A DNA stretch of 21,882 bases, taken from contig JBEBGD010000092.1 in assembly GCA_040081625.1 (NCBI GenBank), positions 1 to 21,882 on the forward strand, given 5' to 3'. The translations under genes were made by a program, and so were the position numbers. Shown one piece after another: positions 1-8,950 of this stretch (positions within the stretch are counted from its first letter, which is position 1; every line of letters starts with the position of its first letter). Under the pieces are notes generated by a model that ran no database searches, was not told the DNA's origin, and worked only from the letters and a program-made list of their open reading frames with translations. This DNA is from Chthoniobacteraceae bacterium. GTDB lineage: Bacteria > Verrucomicrobiota > Verrucomicrobiia > Chthoniobacterales > Chthoniobacteraceae.

Positions 1-831
1 GGCCTGGAGCGCTACGATGTGCTCAAGCAATTCAACGAACAGAAGCTCGTCGATCCCTCGCAACTTGCCACGCTCGTGCGCGGCGTCGGCAAGGACGCAG
101 AGGCGACGCTCACCGTCATCCGCAAAGGCCAGGAGCAGAAACTCACCGTGAAGATCGGCGAGAAAATGCTCCCCGAGCGTCGCGGCGGGATGCCCGACAT
201 GGAGCAGTTGCGGCGGCGCACCGACGAAATGTTTCGCGGCGGCGGCGACCAGGGGCGCGAGTCGCAGGAGCGGATCCACGCCTTCCAGGAAAGGATGCGC
301 ACCTACCTGCGCGAGATGAACGACTGGCAGGAGAAGCTGCGCCAGTGGCACGAGAAGCGGGAGGGCGAAATGCCGAAGGCGCCGCCATTTCCGAATCTCG
401 ACATGGCGCCGCAGCGCCGCGGCGGCGCAAATGAACCGGGCGATCCGCTCGATCCCGTGGACATCCTGCGCGGGCCGCGCGCGGGCGCGCAGGCCGAGGC
501 GCGCACCGAGTGGAGCGATGGGGCTTCGCGATGGGATGCCAGTAGCGCGCGGATGGTGATGCGTGATCGCGAAGGCGAAGCGGAGCTAACCATGAAGGAC
601 GGAAAGCGAACGCTGACCGTAAAGAATCCTGCGGGTGAAATCGTCTTCAGCGGCCCGGTCGATACCGCCGGGCAGCGCGATGCAATTCCGGAGAATCTCC
701 GCAAAAAGCTCAGCGCGCTCGAAGCCGCGCCGAAGCCGCAGCCAGGCCCCGACCGCTACCGCGTCGTCCCGCGTGAGCAAGACCGCGAGCCCTTCGCTCC
801 GCAGCGCCAGCGCGAACCCGAGGTGCAGTAA
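1..831 (+). CDS. PDZ-domain protein, 5'-truncated by window edge
   Basis: Frame is open from base 1. GLERYDVLKQFNEQKLVDPSQLATLVR...ATLTVIRKGQEQKLTVKIG matches the C-terminal half of an HtrA-type PDZ domain, followed by a coiled-coil/Pro-rich region. Stop TAA at 829-831. Confidence 0.75.
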   Translation, partial: GLERYDVLKQFNEQKLVDPSQLATLVRGVGKDAEATLTVIRKGQEQKLTVKIGEKMLPERRGGMPDMEQLRRRTDEMFRGGGDQGRESQERIHAFQERMRTYLREMNDWQEKLRQWHEKREGEMPKAPPFPNLDMAPQRRGGANEPGDPLDPVDILRGPRAGAQAEARTEWSDGASRWDASSARMVMRDREGEAELTMKDGKRTLTVKNPAGEIVFSGPVDTAGQRDAIPENLRKKLSALEAAPKPQPGPDRYRVVPREQDREPFAPQRQREPEVQ

Positions 832-833
832 AG

Positions 834-1145
834 CTACGACGCCTTGCGCGCCCGGTAGTAGGTCGCGGTGTGGCCGACGCGCTGGACCATCAGCGAGTTG
901 GTCTGCTGCTCGAGCACGCGGGAGAGAAGTTTCTTCTGATCCTTCATCGCGCCGAACTTGACCTTCACCAACTCGTGCTGGTCGAGGGCTCCGTTCAAGA
1001 TCTTGATCAGCCGCTCGGACACGCCGTCGTGGCCGACCTTCACGGTCGCCTTCGTCAATTGCGCGCGCGCCTTGAGTTCCTTGAGCTTCGGGTCTTCCGG
1101 CTCCTGCGCCGGTGCGGATGTGGCTTCGATGGGTTCGTCGGTCAT
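834..1145 (-). CDS. yhbY: YhbY/CRM-domain RNA-binding protein
   Basis: LKARAQLTKATVKVGHDGVS...ALDQHELVKVKF...VQRVGHTATYYR fits the CRS1/YhbY pattern; 103 aa; ATGA overlap with the msrA stop. Confidence 0.9.
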   Translation of the reverse strand: MTDEPIEATSAPAQEPEDPKLKELKARAQLTKATVKVGHDGVSERLIKILNGALDQHELVKVKFGAMKDQKKLLSRVLEQQTNSLMVQRVGHTATYYRARKAS

Positions 1146-1759
1146 TCCTTGATGAGTCCCTTTTGGAGCAGCTTTTGCAGCTTCGGCTGGATGACAGCCC
1201 GGCAGTAGCCCTGCCCCGTGTTTTGGTTGTAGTAGTTCTGGTGGTAGGCCTCCGCCTTGTAGAAGATTTTGAGCGGCCCGATCTCGGTCACGATCGGGTC
1301 ACTGAATTCCGCCTTCGCACCCGCCTTCGATTTCTCCGCGGCGAGTTTCTGCGCATCGTTCTCGTAGAAAATGACTGATCGATATTGCGTGCCGCGATCC
1401 GCGCCCTGGCGGTTGAGCGTGGTCGGATCGTGCGCGGCCCAGAAAACCTCGAGCAGCTTGTCGAAGCTGATTTTCTGCGGGTCAAATTCAAGCTGCACAA
1501 CTTCGGCGTGGCCGGTCGTGCCGGTGCATATGGCCTCGTAAGTCGGGTTCTTCACGTTGCCGCCGGCGTAACCACTGGCGACGCTCTTCACACCGATCAG
1601 GCGCTGGAAGACCGCCTCGATGCACCAGAAGCAACCGCCGCCGAAAGTGATTCGCTCGGTCGCGGAGGAGACAGGTTTTTCATTCATCTTTTTGGGTTCG
1701 GCAGCCACGCCCGTGGCGGCGAGCACGAGCGCGAGCAGTGGAAGGGCGAGAAATTTCAC
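1142..1759 (-). CDS. msrA: Peptide methionine sulfoxide reductase A with N-terminal signal peptide
   Basis: GGGCFWCIE catalytic motif, GHAEVVQ, HDPTTLNRQGADRGTQYRS, AEAYHQNYY. Start reassigned to GTG 1759 (MKFLALPLLALVLAATGVAA, signal-peptide-like); 205 aa. Confidence 0.95.
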   Translation of the reverse strand: MKFLALPLLALVLAATGVAAEPKKMNEKPVSSATERITFGGGCFWCIEAVFQRLIGVKSVASGYAGGNVKNPTYEAICTGTTGHAEVVQLEFDPQKISFDKLLEVFWAAHDPTTLNRQGADRGTQYRSVIFYENDAQKLAAEKSKAGAKAEFSDPIVTEIGPLKIFYKAEAYHQNYYNQNTGQGYCRAVIQPKLQKLLQKGLIKE

Positions 1760-1766
1760 GGGCGGC

Positions 1767-1794
1767 AGCTTAGCGATGTTCGGGAAATTCTCAA
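1767..1794 (-). promoter_or_regulatory. Putative sigma70 promoter for msrA, probably giving a leaderless mRNA
   Basis: Minus strand reads TTGAGA-N16-TAAGCT-N7-GTG, with no Shine-Dalgarno sequence. Confidence 0.55.
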
Positions 1795-3134
1795 GGCTCG
1801 CGCAACGCGAATACCTCGACGCCCGCACCGCGGCGGAATGCGAACACACGCCCGTCTCCCGCCCGATGGACGCTCCACGCGGCGCGTTCACTTTCGGGCG
1901 GAGCCCACAGCACGCGCCCGGTCTTGTCGCGCAGTTCCGCCGGCGCTCGCGAAGGATCAGGCGAGCCAGCGAGCCGCTCGACGCAGGTCGCGGTCCGTCC
2001 TTCGATCCGCCAGCGCAGGCCACCGAGCGCGATGTCGAGCGGCTCCGCCTCGTCCACGTGCAGCGTCGCGGCGTCGAGCGGGCCGAAGATTTCGCGCACA
2101 AGCGCGCCCTGCTTTCCGTCGGTCTTCCACACGGTGAAGCGGCCAAAGTGCTCGTCGCCTTCCGCGATCCAGAGCTGGCCAGTCGCGTCCACGGCGAGCG
2201 CGCGGATATCGCGCAACGCTTCGGGTTCCCACGGGCCGGGCTCGATGCGGCCGCCGCCTTTCCCGACACTCGTGGCGAAACTTTCCGCCGCCTCCGCGGG
2301 CCGGAGCTGCACCTGATGATGCGGCGCGCCGAGCGCGGTGTAGATCGTGAGCTTCGAGGTCTTCATCGCGTCGCCGACGAGCGTGAGCGCGCCGATCTTC
2401 TCGTCGGGCTGGAGCCAGCGCGTGGTGCTCATCATCACCCACGGCGGCTCGTGCTCCATGAGGAAGTAGGCGAGCCCATGGCCGGCGATCGCGGCGACGC
2501 CGAAGTCGATCGGCCGCTCCACGCCCGTCTGCGGATCGCGCATCGGCGTGGTGGAAAACGACATCTGCCCCGGATGCGGACCGGTGAGCGTGGTGAGGTA
2601 GGCGCCTGTCTTCGCGTCGAGCACGGCGACGAATTGCTCCTCCGAAAACGTCACGTAGAGCCGCCCATTGTCCGCGGCGAGCGCGTCGGCGCGATCGAGC
2701 TTCGTCTTGTCGTCGCCCCACAGCGACGTGATCGCGAGGTCGCGCGCGTCGCGTCCTTCCCACGCGATCGGTGCGCCGGTCGCGGCGTCGAGGCGGTAGA
2801 GCTTTGTGCCGTCCGCGTCGGCGAGGACAAACACCGCGCCGCCGTCCGCGGCGAGCGAGCGCACGCCGCTCATCGCGGGCCCGTGATGATGCCCCCACAG
2901 CACACGCCCACCCGGCTCGCACGCGACGATTTCGTGCCCGAGCCGAGCCGAGCGCCAGCCGAGGAAGACCGCGCGATCATCCGCGGCGACCGCACACGGC
3001 GGACCGGCGTCGCCACCCGCGAACTCGCCACCGAGCCCCGCGCCGACCACAGCGAGCGGCTCGAGCTGGAGCGACGGCGGCAACGGCCGCGAGCACGCGG
3101 CGAAGGCGAACACGATGAAGAGCAGACGATGCAT
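1791..3134 (-). CDS. Putative lipoprotein with beta-propeller-like (NHL/PQQ-type) repeats
   Basis: Start ATG 3134: MHRLLFIVFAFAAC is a signal plus lipobox-like FAAC. Repeated blade-like motifs SLAADGGAVFV, ALAADNGRLYVT, ALAVDATGQLWIAE; 447 aa. Confidence 0.65.
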   Translation of the reverse strand: MHRLLFIVFAFAACSRPLPPSLQLEPLAVVGAGLGGEFAGGDAGPPCAVAADDRAVFLGWRSARLGHEIVACEPGGRVLWGHHHGPAMSGVRSLAADGGAVFVLADADGTKLYRLDAATGAPIAWEGRDARDLAITSLWGDDKTKLDRADALAADNGRLYVTFSEEQFVAVLDAKTGAYLTTLTGPHPGQMSFSTTPMRDPQTGVERPIDFGVAAIAGHGLAYFLMEHEPPWVMMSTTRWLQPDEKIGALTLVGDAMKTSKLTIYTALGAPHHQVQLRPAEAAESFATSVGKGGGRIEPGPWEPEALRDIRALAVDATGQLWIAEGDEHFGRFTVWKTDGKQGALVREIFGPLDAATLHVDEAEPLDIALGGLRWRIEGRTATCVERLAGSPDPSRAPAELRDKTGRVLWAPPESERAAWSVHRAGDGRVFAFRRGAGVEVFALREP

Positions 3135-3237
3135 CGCCCCAGCTTTTCCGCGACGCGGGGCGTGAAACGCCAGCGCAAACAGGTGGCTCGACACGCCGCA
3201 ATCCCCGGCTGAATCTCGCCGCCCTTTCCACCCGCAC

Positions 3238-4149
3238 ATGACACGCCGCCTCCTCCTCACCGCCCTGCTCGCGTTGACCTGCATCGCGTCCGCCGCCGAC
3301 ACGCCGAAGCGCAAGATCCTCTTCTTCTCGAAGTCGAGTGGGTTCGAGCACTCGGTGATCAGCTACAAGACCGGCCAGCCTTCCTACGCGGAAAAAATCC
3401 TGCTCGAACTCGGCGCGAAGAACGGATGGGAGTTTACGTTCAGCAAGGACGGCTCGCTCTTCTCGCCGGAATACCTCGCGCAATTCTCCGCGGTCTTTTT
3501 CTACACGACCGGCGACCTCACCACGGCCGGCACCGACAAGCAGCCGCCGATGAGCGCCGCGGGAAAGCAGGCGCTGCTCGACTTCGTCGCGAGCGGCAAA
3601 GGCTTCGTCGGCACGCACAGCGCGAGCGATACCTTCCACACCGCCAACGAGGCGGCGAAAGGCCCCGACCGCTACATCAACCACGGCGCGGATGCCGACG
3701 CCTACGTGCGATTCCTCGGCGGTGAATTCATCAAGCACGGCAAGCAGCAGTCCGCGACGATGCGCTGCGTCGATCCGAAATTCCCCGGCCTCGCCAAATA
3801 CGCCGACGGCTTCGCCTTCCCCGAGGAGTGGTATTCGCTCAAGGACTTCACCGACGACATCCACGTGCTGCTCGTGCAGGAGACGCAGACGATGGAAGGC
3901 GCCGAATACCAGCGCCCGCCGTATCCCGCCACGTGGGTGCGCGCGCATGGGAAAGGCCGCGTCTTCTACACCTCGATGGGTCATCGCGAGGACGTGTGGA
4001 CCAATCCGATCTTCCAGGAAATCCTCACCGGCGGCGTGAAGTGGGCGCTCGGCGATGTGAAAGCCGACATCACTCCGAACCTCGCCAAAGGCGCACCCGG
4101 CTGGGCGACGAATCCCGCCTACGTCGAACCGCCCCCGCCGAAGAAGTAG
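3238..4149 (+). CDS. Secreted ThuA-like (class I GATase-fold) domain protein
   Basis: Signal peptide; ILFFSKSSGFEHS, GKGFVGTHSASDT, GGEFIKHG, EEWY, GKGRVFYTSMGH are typical ThuA-domain motifs; 303 aa. Confidence 0.88.
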   Translation: MTRRLLLTALLALTCIASAADTPKRKILFFSKSSGFEHSVISYKTGQPSYAEKILLELGAKNGWEFTFSKDGSLFSPEYLAQFSAVFFYTTGDLTTAGTDKQPPMSAAGKQALLDFVASGKGFVGTHSASDTFHTANEAAKGPDRYINHGADADAYVRFLGGEFIKHGKQQSATMRCVDPKFPGLAKYADGFAFPEEWYSLKDFTDDIHVLLVQETQTMEGAEYQRPPYPATWVRAHGKGRVFYTSMGHREDVWTNPIFQEILTGGVKWALGDVKADITPNLAKGAPGWATNPAYVEPPPPKK

Positions 4150-4151
4150 CC

Positions 4152-4233
4152 TTCATACTCTTACTCTTACTCCTTTTCTTACTCTGCGTTTTCCAACGCA
4201 GAGAAAGAGTATGAGTAGGAGTAGGAGTAAGAA
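4152..4233. repeat. Imperfect 82-bp palindrome with hexamer-periodic arms (REP-like)
   Basis: Perfect core stem CTCTGCGTT-ttcc-AACGCAGAG (4182-4203), flanked by (TACTCN)n on the left and (GAGTAN)n on the right. Confidence 0.85.
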
Positions 4234-4264
4234 CTCCGACCGCATCTTTACCACGCCACACTCA

Positions 4265-5122
4265 ATGAAACTCCGCATCCTCCTCGCCCTCATCCTCAGC
4301 GCATCATTCACCTTCGCTGCCGAGAAACCGCTCAAGCTGCTGCTCATCGCCGGCGGCTGCTGCCACGACTACGCGGCGCAAAAAGATATCCTCAAGGCCG
4401 GCATCGAGGCGCGCGCGAATGCGACCGTCGATATCATCTTCACCACCGACTACGAGATCGGTGCGAAAGGCACACCCGACGCGACCAGGCCGAAGTTCCC
4501 GATCTACGGGAATCCGGATTACGCGAAAGGCTACGACCTCGTCATCCACGACGAGTGCGCCGCGTCCATCAGCGTTCCCGGCGTGATCGAAGGCGTGCTC
4601 GCGCCACATCGCGCGGGACTCCCCGGCGTGAATCTTCATTGCGCGATGCACAGCTATCGCGTCGGCGGCGCGAGCGATCCCATCACCGACCCCGCCGATC
4701 CGCACGCGTTCTGGTTCCAGTATCTCGGCATTCAGTCCAGCCGCCACGGCCCGCAGGAGCCGATCGTGATCGCCTACACGGACACCGCGCACGCGATCAC
4801 CACGGGCCTCGCCGGCTGGACGACGATCAAGGAAGAGCTCTACAACAACGTCGCAGTGCTCACCGCGCACGCACTGGCCAAGGGCACGCAGACCGTCAAG
4901 AAAAAGGACGGCACGAGCGAGGATGTGGAGTCCGTCGTCGTGTGGACAAACGAATACGGCCCGAAAAAGGCGCGCGTTTTCTCGACCACGATCGGGCACA
5001 ACAACGACACCGTCGCCGACGCGCGCTATCTGGATCTCGTCACGCGCGGAGTGCTCTGGGCGTGCGACAAGCTCGACGCCAGCGGCAAGGCGAAAGCCGG
5101 TTACGGCCCGGGAGGGAAATAA
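4265..5122 (+). CDS. Secreted ThuA-like domain protein, second subfamily
   Basis: Start ATG 4265 MKLRILLALILSASFTFAA; LLIAGGCCHDY, VNLHCAMHSYR, EELY, RVFSTTIGHN, LVTRGVLWA; 285 aa. Confidence 0.85.
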   Translation: MKLRILLALILSASFTFAAEKPLKLLLIAGGCCHDYAAQKDILKAGIEARANATVDIIFTTDYEIGAKGTPDATRPKFPIYGNPDYAKGYDLVIHDECAASISVPGVIEGVLAPHRAGLPGVNLHCAMHSYRVGGASDPITDPADPHAFWFQYLGIQSSRHGPQEPIVIAYTDTAHAITTGLAGWTTIKEELYNNVAVLTAHALAKGTQTVKKKDGTSEDVESVVVWTNEYGPKKARVFSTTIGHNNDTVADARYLDLVTRGVLWACDKLDASGKAKAGYGPGGK

Positions 5123-5130
5123 AGCGCGGC

Positions 5131-6186
5131 TTACCGCGACACCTTCACCACCGAACGCGTCGCCGCGCTCTCGTAGCAGGCGCGGATCAAGGCGATGGCC
5201 TTGCGCGCGTCGGTGCCGGGGATCATCGGCGGACGATTCTCGCGGATCGCTGCCACGAGGTCTTCGATCAAGCGACGATGCCCCTCGATCGGGATCGCCT
5301 TCGGGTCCGCGGTGCCGCCGCCGATCTTGCCGGCGCCTTCGTTCTTGAGCACGTCTTCGTCGCCCGGCTCCTTCACGGCGAAGTCCCATCGCGTAACTTT
5401 GTCGTTCACGATCGTCGCGCTGCCTTTGTCTCCGACGATCTCGATCTGCAAATCATCGCCCGGCCACGCGCTGGTCGCGGCCTCGATCACGCCGAGCGCG
5501 CCGTGCGGGAAGCGCAGCGTGGCCGTGAGCGTGTCCTCGGCCTCCATCGTGTGCGCGAGCGTGGCGTGGAAGCAGGCGACTTCCTCCGGCAGCCCCACGA
5601 GCCATTGCAGCAGATCGACCGCGTGGACGCCCTGGTTCATCAGCGCGCCGCCGCCGTCGATCTTCCACGTCCCCTTCCAGCCGCTCGTGCCGTAGTAGCT
5701 CTGCTCGCGCCACCACTTCACATACGCGCTGCAGATTGTCAGCCGCCCGAAGCGCCCCGCGTCGATCGCCTTTTTCAAAACCTGCGCGCCCGCACCGAAG
5801 CGGCTCTGGAACACGCACGCGAGCCGACCGTTGCCGCGCTTCTCCGCCGCGAGAATCGCGTCCACGGCTTCGAGCGTTACGTCGATCGGCTTCTCGCAAA
5901 GCACCGCCTTGCCCGCCTCGAGCACCGGCACCGCGACGGCCGCGTGCAAGCCGCTCGGCGTCGCCACGGTCGCCGCATGAATCAGCGGATCGGCGATCAC
6001 TTCCTCGAGCGAGTCGTATTCGCGGATGCCGTGCTTCTCGCAAAACGCGCGCCGCTGGTCGGGCACATTGCCGTAGGCACCGATGAGCTTCGCGCCGGGC
6101 ACGGCGGCGATGGCGTTGGCGTGGAACTCGGCAATCATGCCGGTGCCGATGATGGCGAACCCGATGGAGTCAGTGGTGGAGGACAT
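5131..6186 (-). CDS. Gfo/Idh/MocA family NAD(P)-dependent oxidoreductase
   Basis: FAIIGTGMIAEFH Rossmann motif, ATPSGLH, VLCEKP, GGGALMNQGVHAVDLL; start ATG 6186; 351 aa. Confidence 0.93.
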   Translation of the reverse strand: MSSTTDSIGFAIIGTGMIAEFHANAIAAVPGAKLIGAYGNVPDQRRAFCEKHGIREYDSLEEVIADPLIHAATVATPSGLHAAVAVPVLEAGKAVLCEKPIDVTLEAVDAILAAEKRGNGRLACVFQSRFGAGAQVLKKAIDAGRFGRLTICSAYVKWWREQSYYGTSGWKGTWKIDGGGALMNQGVHAVDLLQWLVGLPEEVACFHATLAHTMEAEDTLTATLRFPHGALGVIEAATSAWPGDDLQIEIVGDKGSATIVNDKVTRWDFAVKEPGDEDVLKNEGAGKIGGGTADPKAIPIEGHRRLIEDLVAAIRENRPPMIPGTDARKAIALIRACYESAATRSVVKVSR

Positions 6187-6257
6187 GGCCGCGAGATGTA
6201 GCGGGCCTGCCGCACGTGGCAAAGCGGAACTCTCGGCTACCCGTCAACTACTCCGCC

Positions 6258-6776
6258 TCACTTTGGGCGCTGCGCATCCGCGAGTGCCTTCGCCTTCGCG
6301 TCTTCGTTCGAGCCCTGAGCGTAGCCGACGATCTCCGAGCGCGCGCCGTCGAGCTTGATCACGAGCAGTCGCGAAAACGGCCGGTCGGTTTTCTCATCGT
6401 TGCTCGTGATGCGATAAATAATCGCGTAAGGCTGGAAACCGCTCCTGGAGTGGACTCCGCGCCACTCGACCACGTCGTTCGCCTTCGCGGGAAACCTCCC
6501 GCCCGCAGCGCTCATCGTCGCCCCGTAGAGATCCACCACCGTCTTGCCGTGCTTGATGTTCACCCAACTCCGCGCGTCGCCGCCCGTATAGACGAGCTGA
6601 TAGGCGCCGAGCCCCTTGCAGACCATCGTGAAGCCGTCCCCTTCCTTCTCCGCGTGGTAGCTCAAGCTCTGCTTCTTCGCCGTGCTCGTGTATTCGGAAG
6701 TCACGCGCTCCTCCGCGAGAGCGCTGGTGAGCAGGAGCGTGCCGGCCGCGATGAGGCGCGATGCGATTGAATTCAT
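6258..6776 (-). CDS. Hypothetical secreted protein
   Basis: Signal-like MNSIASRLIAAGTLLLTSALA, normal composition, host-like codon usage; about 172 aa. Confidence 0.7.
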   Translation of the reverse strand: MNSIASRLIAAGTLLLTSALAEERVTSEYTSTAKKQSLSYHAEKEGDGFTMVCKGLGAYQLVYTGGDARSWVNIKHGKTVVDLYGATMSAAGGRFPAKANDVVEWRGVHSRSGFQPYAIIYRITSNDEKTDRPFSRLLVIKLDGARSEIVGYAQGSNEDAKAKALADAQRPK

Positions 6777-6875
6777 CGCCACACGTAGCCGGATACTCGC
6801 CGCTCAATGCGAGGAAATAAATCCACGCGCGCGCAGACACTCGACCGCGATGCCGGACACGGCACCGCGCAACCT

Positions 6876-7103
6876 TTAGCGCAGGCGCTTGAGCTTCGGC
6901 GGGAAGATGTCCGCCAACGTGTAGACCTTCTTCGTCATCCGATTCAGATTCTTGACCATCAACTCCTGCGTGCTCGGGGCGACGGAGCGCTTCTTCATCA
7001 CGACCGACTTAACCGTGCTCCGGTTCAGGAGACAGCGGCGGGCGAGCTGGTTGGAGGTGATCTTTTCCTGCTCGAGAGTGGTGTCTAGATTGTTCGTGGC
7101 CAT
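6876..7103 (-). CDS. Small basic Cro/XRE-like helix-turn-helix protein
   Basis: 75 aa; NNLDTTLEQEKITSNQLARRCLLNRSTVKSV...YTLADIF resembles the XRE HTH spacing. Confidence 0.55.
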   Translation of the reverse strand: MATNNLDTTLEQEKITSNQLARRCLLNRSTVKSVVMKKRSVAPSTQELMVKNLNRMTKKVYTLADIFPPKLKRLR

Positions 7104-7155
7104 GGTCTTGGAAAGTCGGTTTTGAGGGCGGCGAAAGGACAGCAAAGCGCGCCGG

Positions 7156-7161
7156 TGTCAA
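7156..7161 (-). promoter_or_regulatory. Consensus -35 hexamer TTGACA upstream of the small HTH gene
   Basis: TTGACA overlaps the UDG stop codon, 52 nt upstream of ATG 7103, which is normal promoter distance. No clear -10 box. Confidence 0.35.
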
Positions 7162-7763
7162 CCATTCATCTTCTCCCACTCGGGATGCCGCACGATACGC
7201 CGCAACGCGCGACGCAGCAGCGCGCGGCCCGGCTCCATGCGATGCCACGGGCTCGCGCCGCTCGGATGCGGCAGCGGGATCACCTCGAATCTCACCCCCG
7301 CGCGCTCCACGGTGAACCCGCGCCCGATCATCTCCACGAGCGGTGCCGGCGGGAGAAACTGCGCGATCGCGAGCTTGCCGATCGGGATCACGAGCGCCGG
7401 CCGCAGCAGCTCGATCTCCGCATCGAGCCACGCTCCACAGCGCGCGATCTCATCCGGCGCAGGCACGCGATCGCCACCAGTCTTCGACTTCCCCGGGAAG
7501 CATCGGCAGACCGCTGACATATAAATGCGCGCGCGGAACTCGGCCTCGCTCCACCCGCACGCCTCGTCGAACCACCGGAACAGCGTCTTCCCCGCCGTCC
7601 ACGCGAAGGGCCGCCCGAGCACGGGCTCCTTGCTGCCCGGCGCCTGGCCGACCGTCACCACACGACTCAGCACCGCGCCGCCGCTCACCGCGGGGCGATG
7701 CATCCGCGGGCAGAGCGTGCAGGCACGAAGGCGGGCGACATGATCCGCCAGCGCGCGCTTCAC
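7158..7763 (-). CDS. Uracil-DNA glycosylase superfamily protein (Fe-S type, family 4/5-like)
   Basis: CTLCP, GQAPG, RPF, AVCRCFPG, LPHPSG motifs; GTG start overlaps the fmt stop (GTGA); 201 aa. Confidence 0.88.
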   Translation of the reverse strand: MKRALADHVARLRACTLCPRMHRPAVSGGAVLSRVVTVGQAPGSKEPVLGRPFAWTAGKTLFRWFDEACGWSEAEFRARIYMSAVCRCFPGKSKTGGDRVPAPDEIARCGAWLDAEIELLRPALVIPIGKLAIAQFLPPAPLVEMIGRGFTVERAGVRFEVIPLPHPSGASPWHRMEPGRALLRRALRRIVRHPEWEKMNG

Positions 7764-8710
7764 TTCGCCCCCAGCACCGTGCCGTCGGCGATGGAGTGGC
7801 CGAGCAGGAAATCGCGCGCGAGCATCCGCTTCTTCCCCTCGAGCTGCACCTCGCGAAGCAGAATGCCGCACGTCCCCGCCGCGACGAGGATGCCGTGCTT
7901 GTCGGCGCGCACCACGGTCCCCGGCGGCACGCCGAGATCGCAGTGGTGCATAATGCCGGCAAAGACCTTCAACTTCTTCCCGCCCTCGCCGCTCGGCAGC
8001 CACGTGTAAGCGCTCGGCCACGGGTTCATCGCGCGGATGCGTCGATCGATTTCCTCGCGCGTCTTCGTCCAGTCGATCTCGCCATGCTCGCGCGCGAGCT
8101 TCGCCGCGTAAGTGGCCAGCGCGTGCTCCTGCGGGATGCGCGGTGCCGCGCCCTGCTTGAGCAGCGCGAGCGCCTCGGTGAGCGCGGCCGGCGCGAGCAG
8201 TCCCAGCCGGTCGTGCAAGCTGCCTCCGGTCTCGTCCTTCCCGAGCTTGATCGACTTCGCGAGCAGCATGTCGCCTTCGTCGAGCCGCTCATTCATGTAA
8301 ATCACCGTCACCCCGCTATCGCGGTCGCCCGACTCGATCGCCGCCTGGATCGGCGCCGCGCCGCGGTGCCGCGGGAGCAGCGACGCGTGCAGGTTCAGGC
8401 ACGCGATCGTCGGGATGCGCAGCAGCTCGCCCGGCAGGATCTGCCCATACGCCATCACCACGATCACCTCCGGTCGCAGGAAACGGATCTGCTGGATCGC
8501 GCTGTCGCACCGGATGCGCTCCGGCTGGAAGACCGGCACGCGATGCCCCACGACCAGCGTCTTGATCGGCGATGGCGTCAGCTCCTGGTGCCGCCCCACC
8601 GGCTTGTCCGGCTGCGTCACGCACGCGATGACTTGATGATCCGTGCCCTCGAGCAGACTGCGCAGGGTCGGGACACCGATGTCCCCGGTGCCGATGAACA
8701 GGACGCGCAT
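7760..8710 (-). CDS. fmt: Methionyl-tRNA formyltransferase
   Basis: VTQPDKPVGR, VVMAYGQIL, NLHASLLPRHRGAAPIQ, IRAMNPWP, VQLEGKKRM; 316 aa. Confidence 0.97.
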   Translation of the reverse strand: MRVLFIGTGDIGVPTLRSLLEGTDHQVIACVTQPDKPVGRHQELTPSPIKTLVVGHRVPVFQPERIRCDSAIQQIRFLRPEVIVVMAYGQILPGELLRIPTIACLNLHASLLPRHRGAAPIQAAIESGDRDSGVTVIYMNERLDEGDMLLAKSIKLGKDETGGSLHDRLGLLAPAALTEALALLKQGAAPRIPQEHALATYAAKLAREHGEIDWTKTREEIDRRIRAMNPWPSAYTWLPSGEGGKKLKVFAGIMHHCDLGVPPGTVVRADKHGILVAAGTCGILLREVQLEGKKRMLARDFLLGHSIADGTVLGAK

Positions 8711-8716
8711 GTCGTG

Positions 8717-8950
8717 CTAGAGGATCCTCACCTGGCGCCCGCCGCGCCGCGTCGCGAGCCGTTGCGCCACCTTGTCGGCGGCGGTCACTTCCTTCGTCCC
8801 CACCGAATCCCCGCACACCGTGCACCGATACTCGTGGAGTTCCCTGTCCGGCAGCACGAGCAGCAGCCGCTCGCTCACCGACTGCGCCACGCCGCAACGC
8901 GCGCAGTAAAGCGACGAAGCACGGAACTCCCCGAACTGCCGCGCACTCAC
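8717..8950 (-). CDS. Small zinc-ribbon protein
   Basis: 77 aa with CARC...CTVC; start overlaps the adk stop; ends 6 nt before fmt. Confidence 0.75.
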   Translation of the reverse strand: MSARQFGEFRASSLYCARCGVAQSVSERLLLVLPDRELHEYRCTVCGDSVGTKEVTAADKVAQRLATRRGGRQVRIL

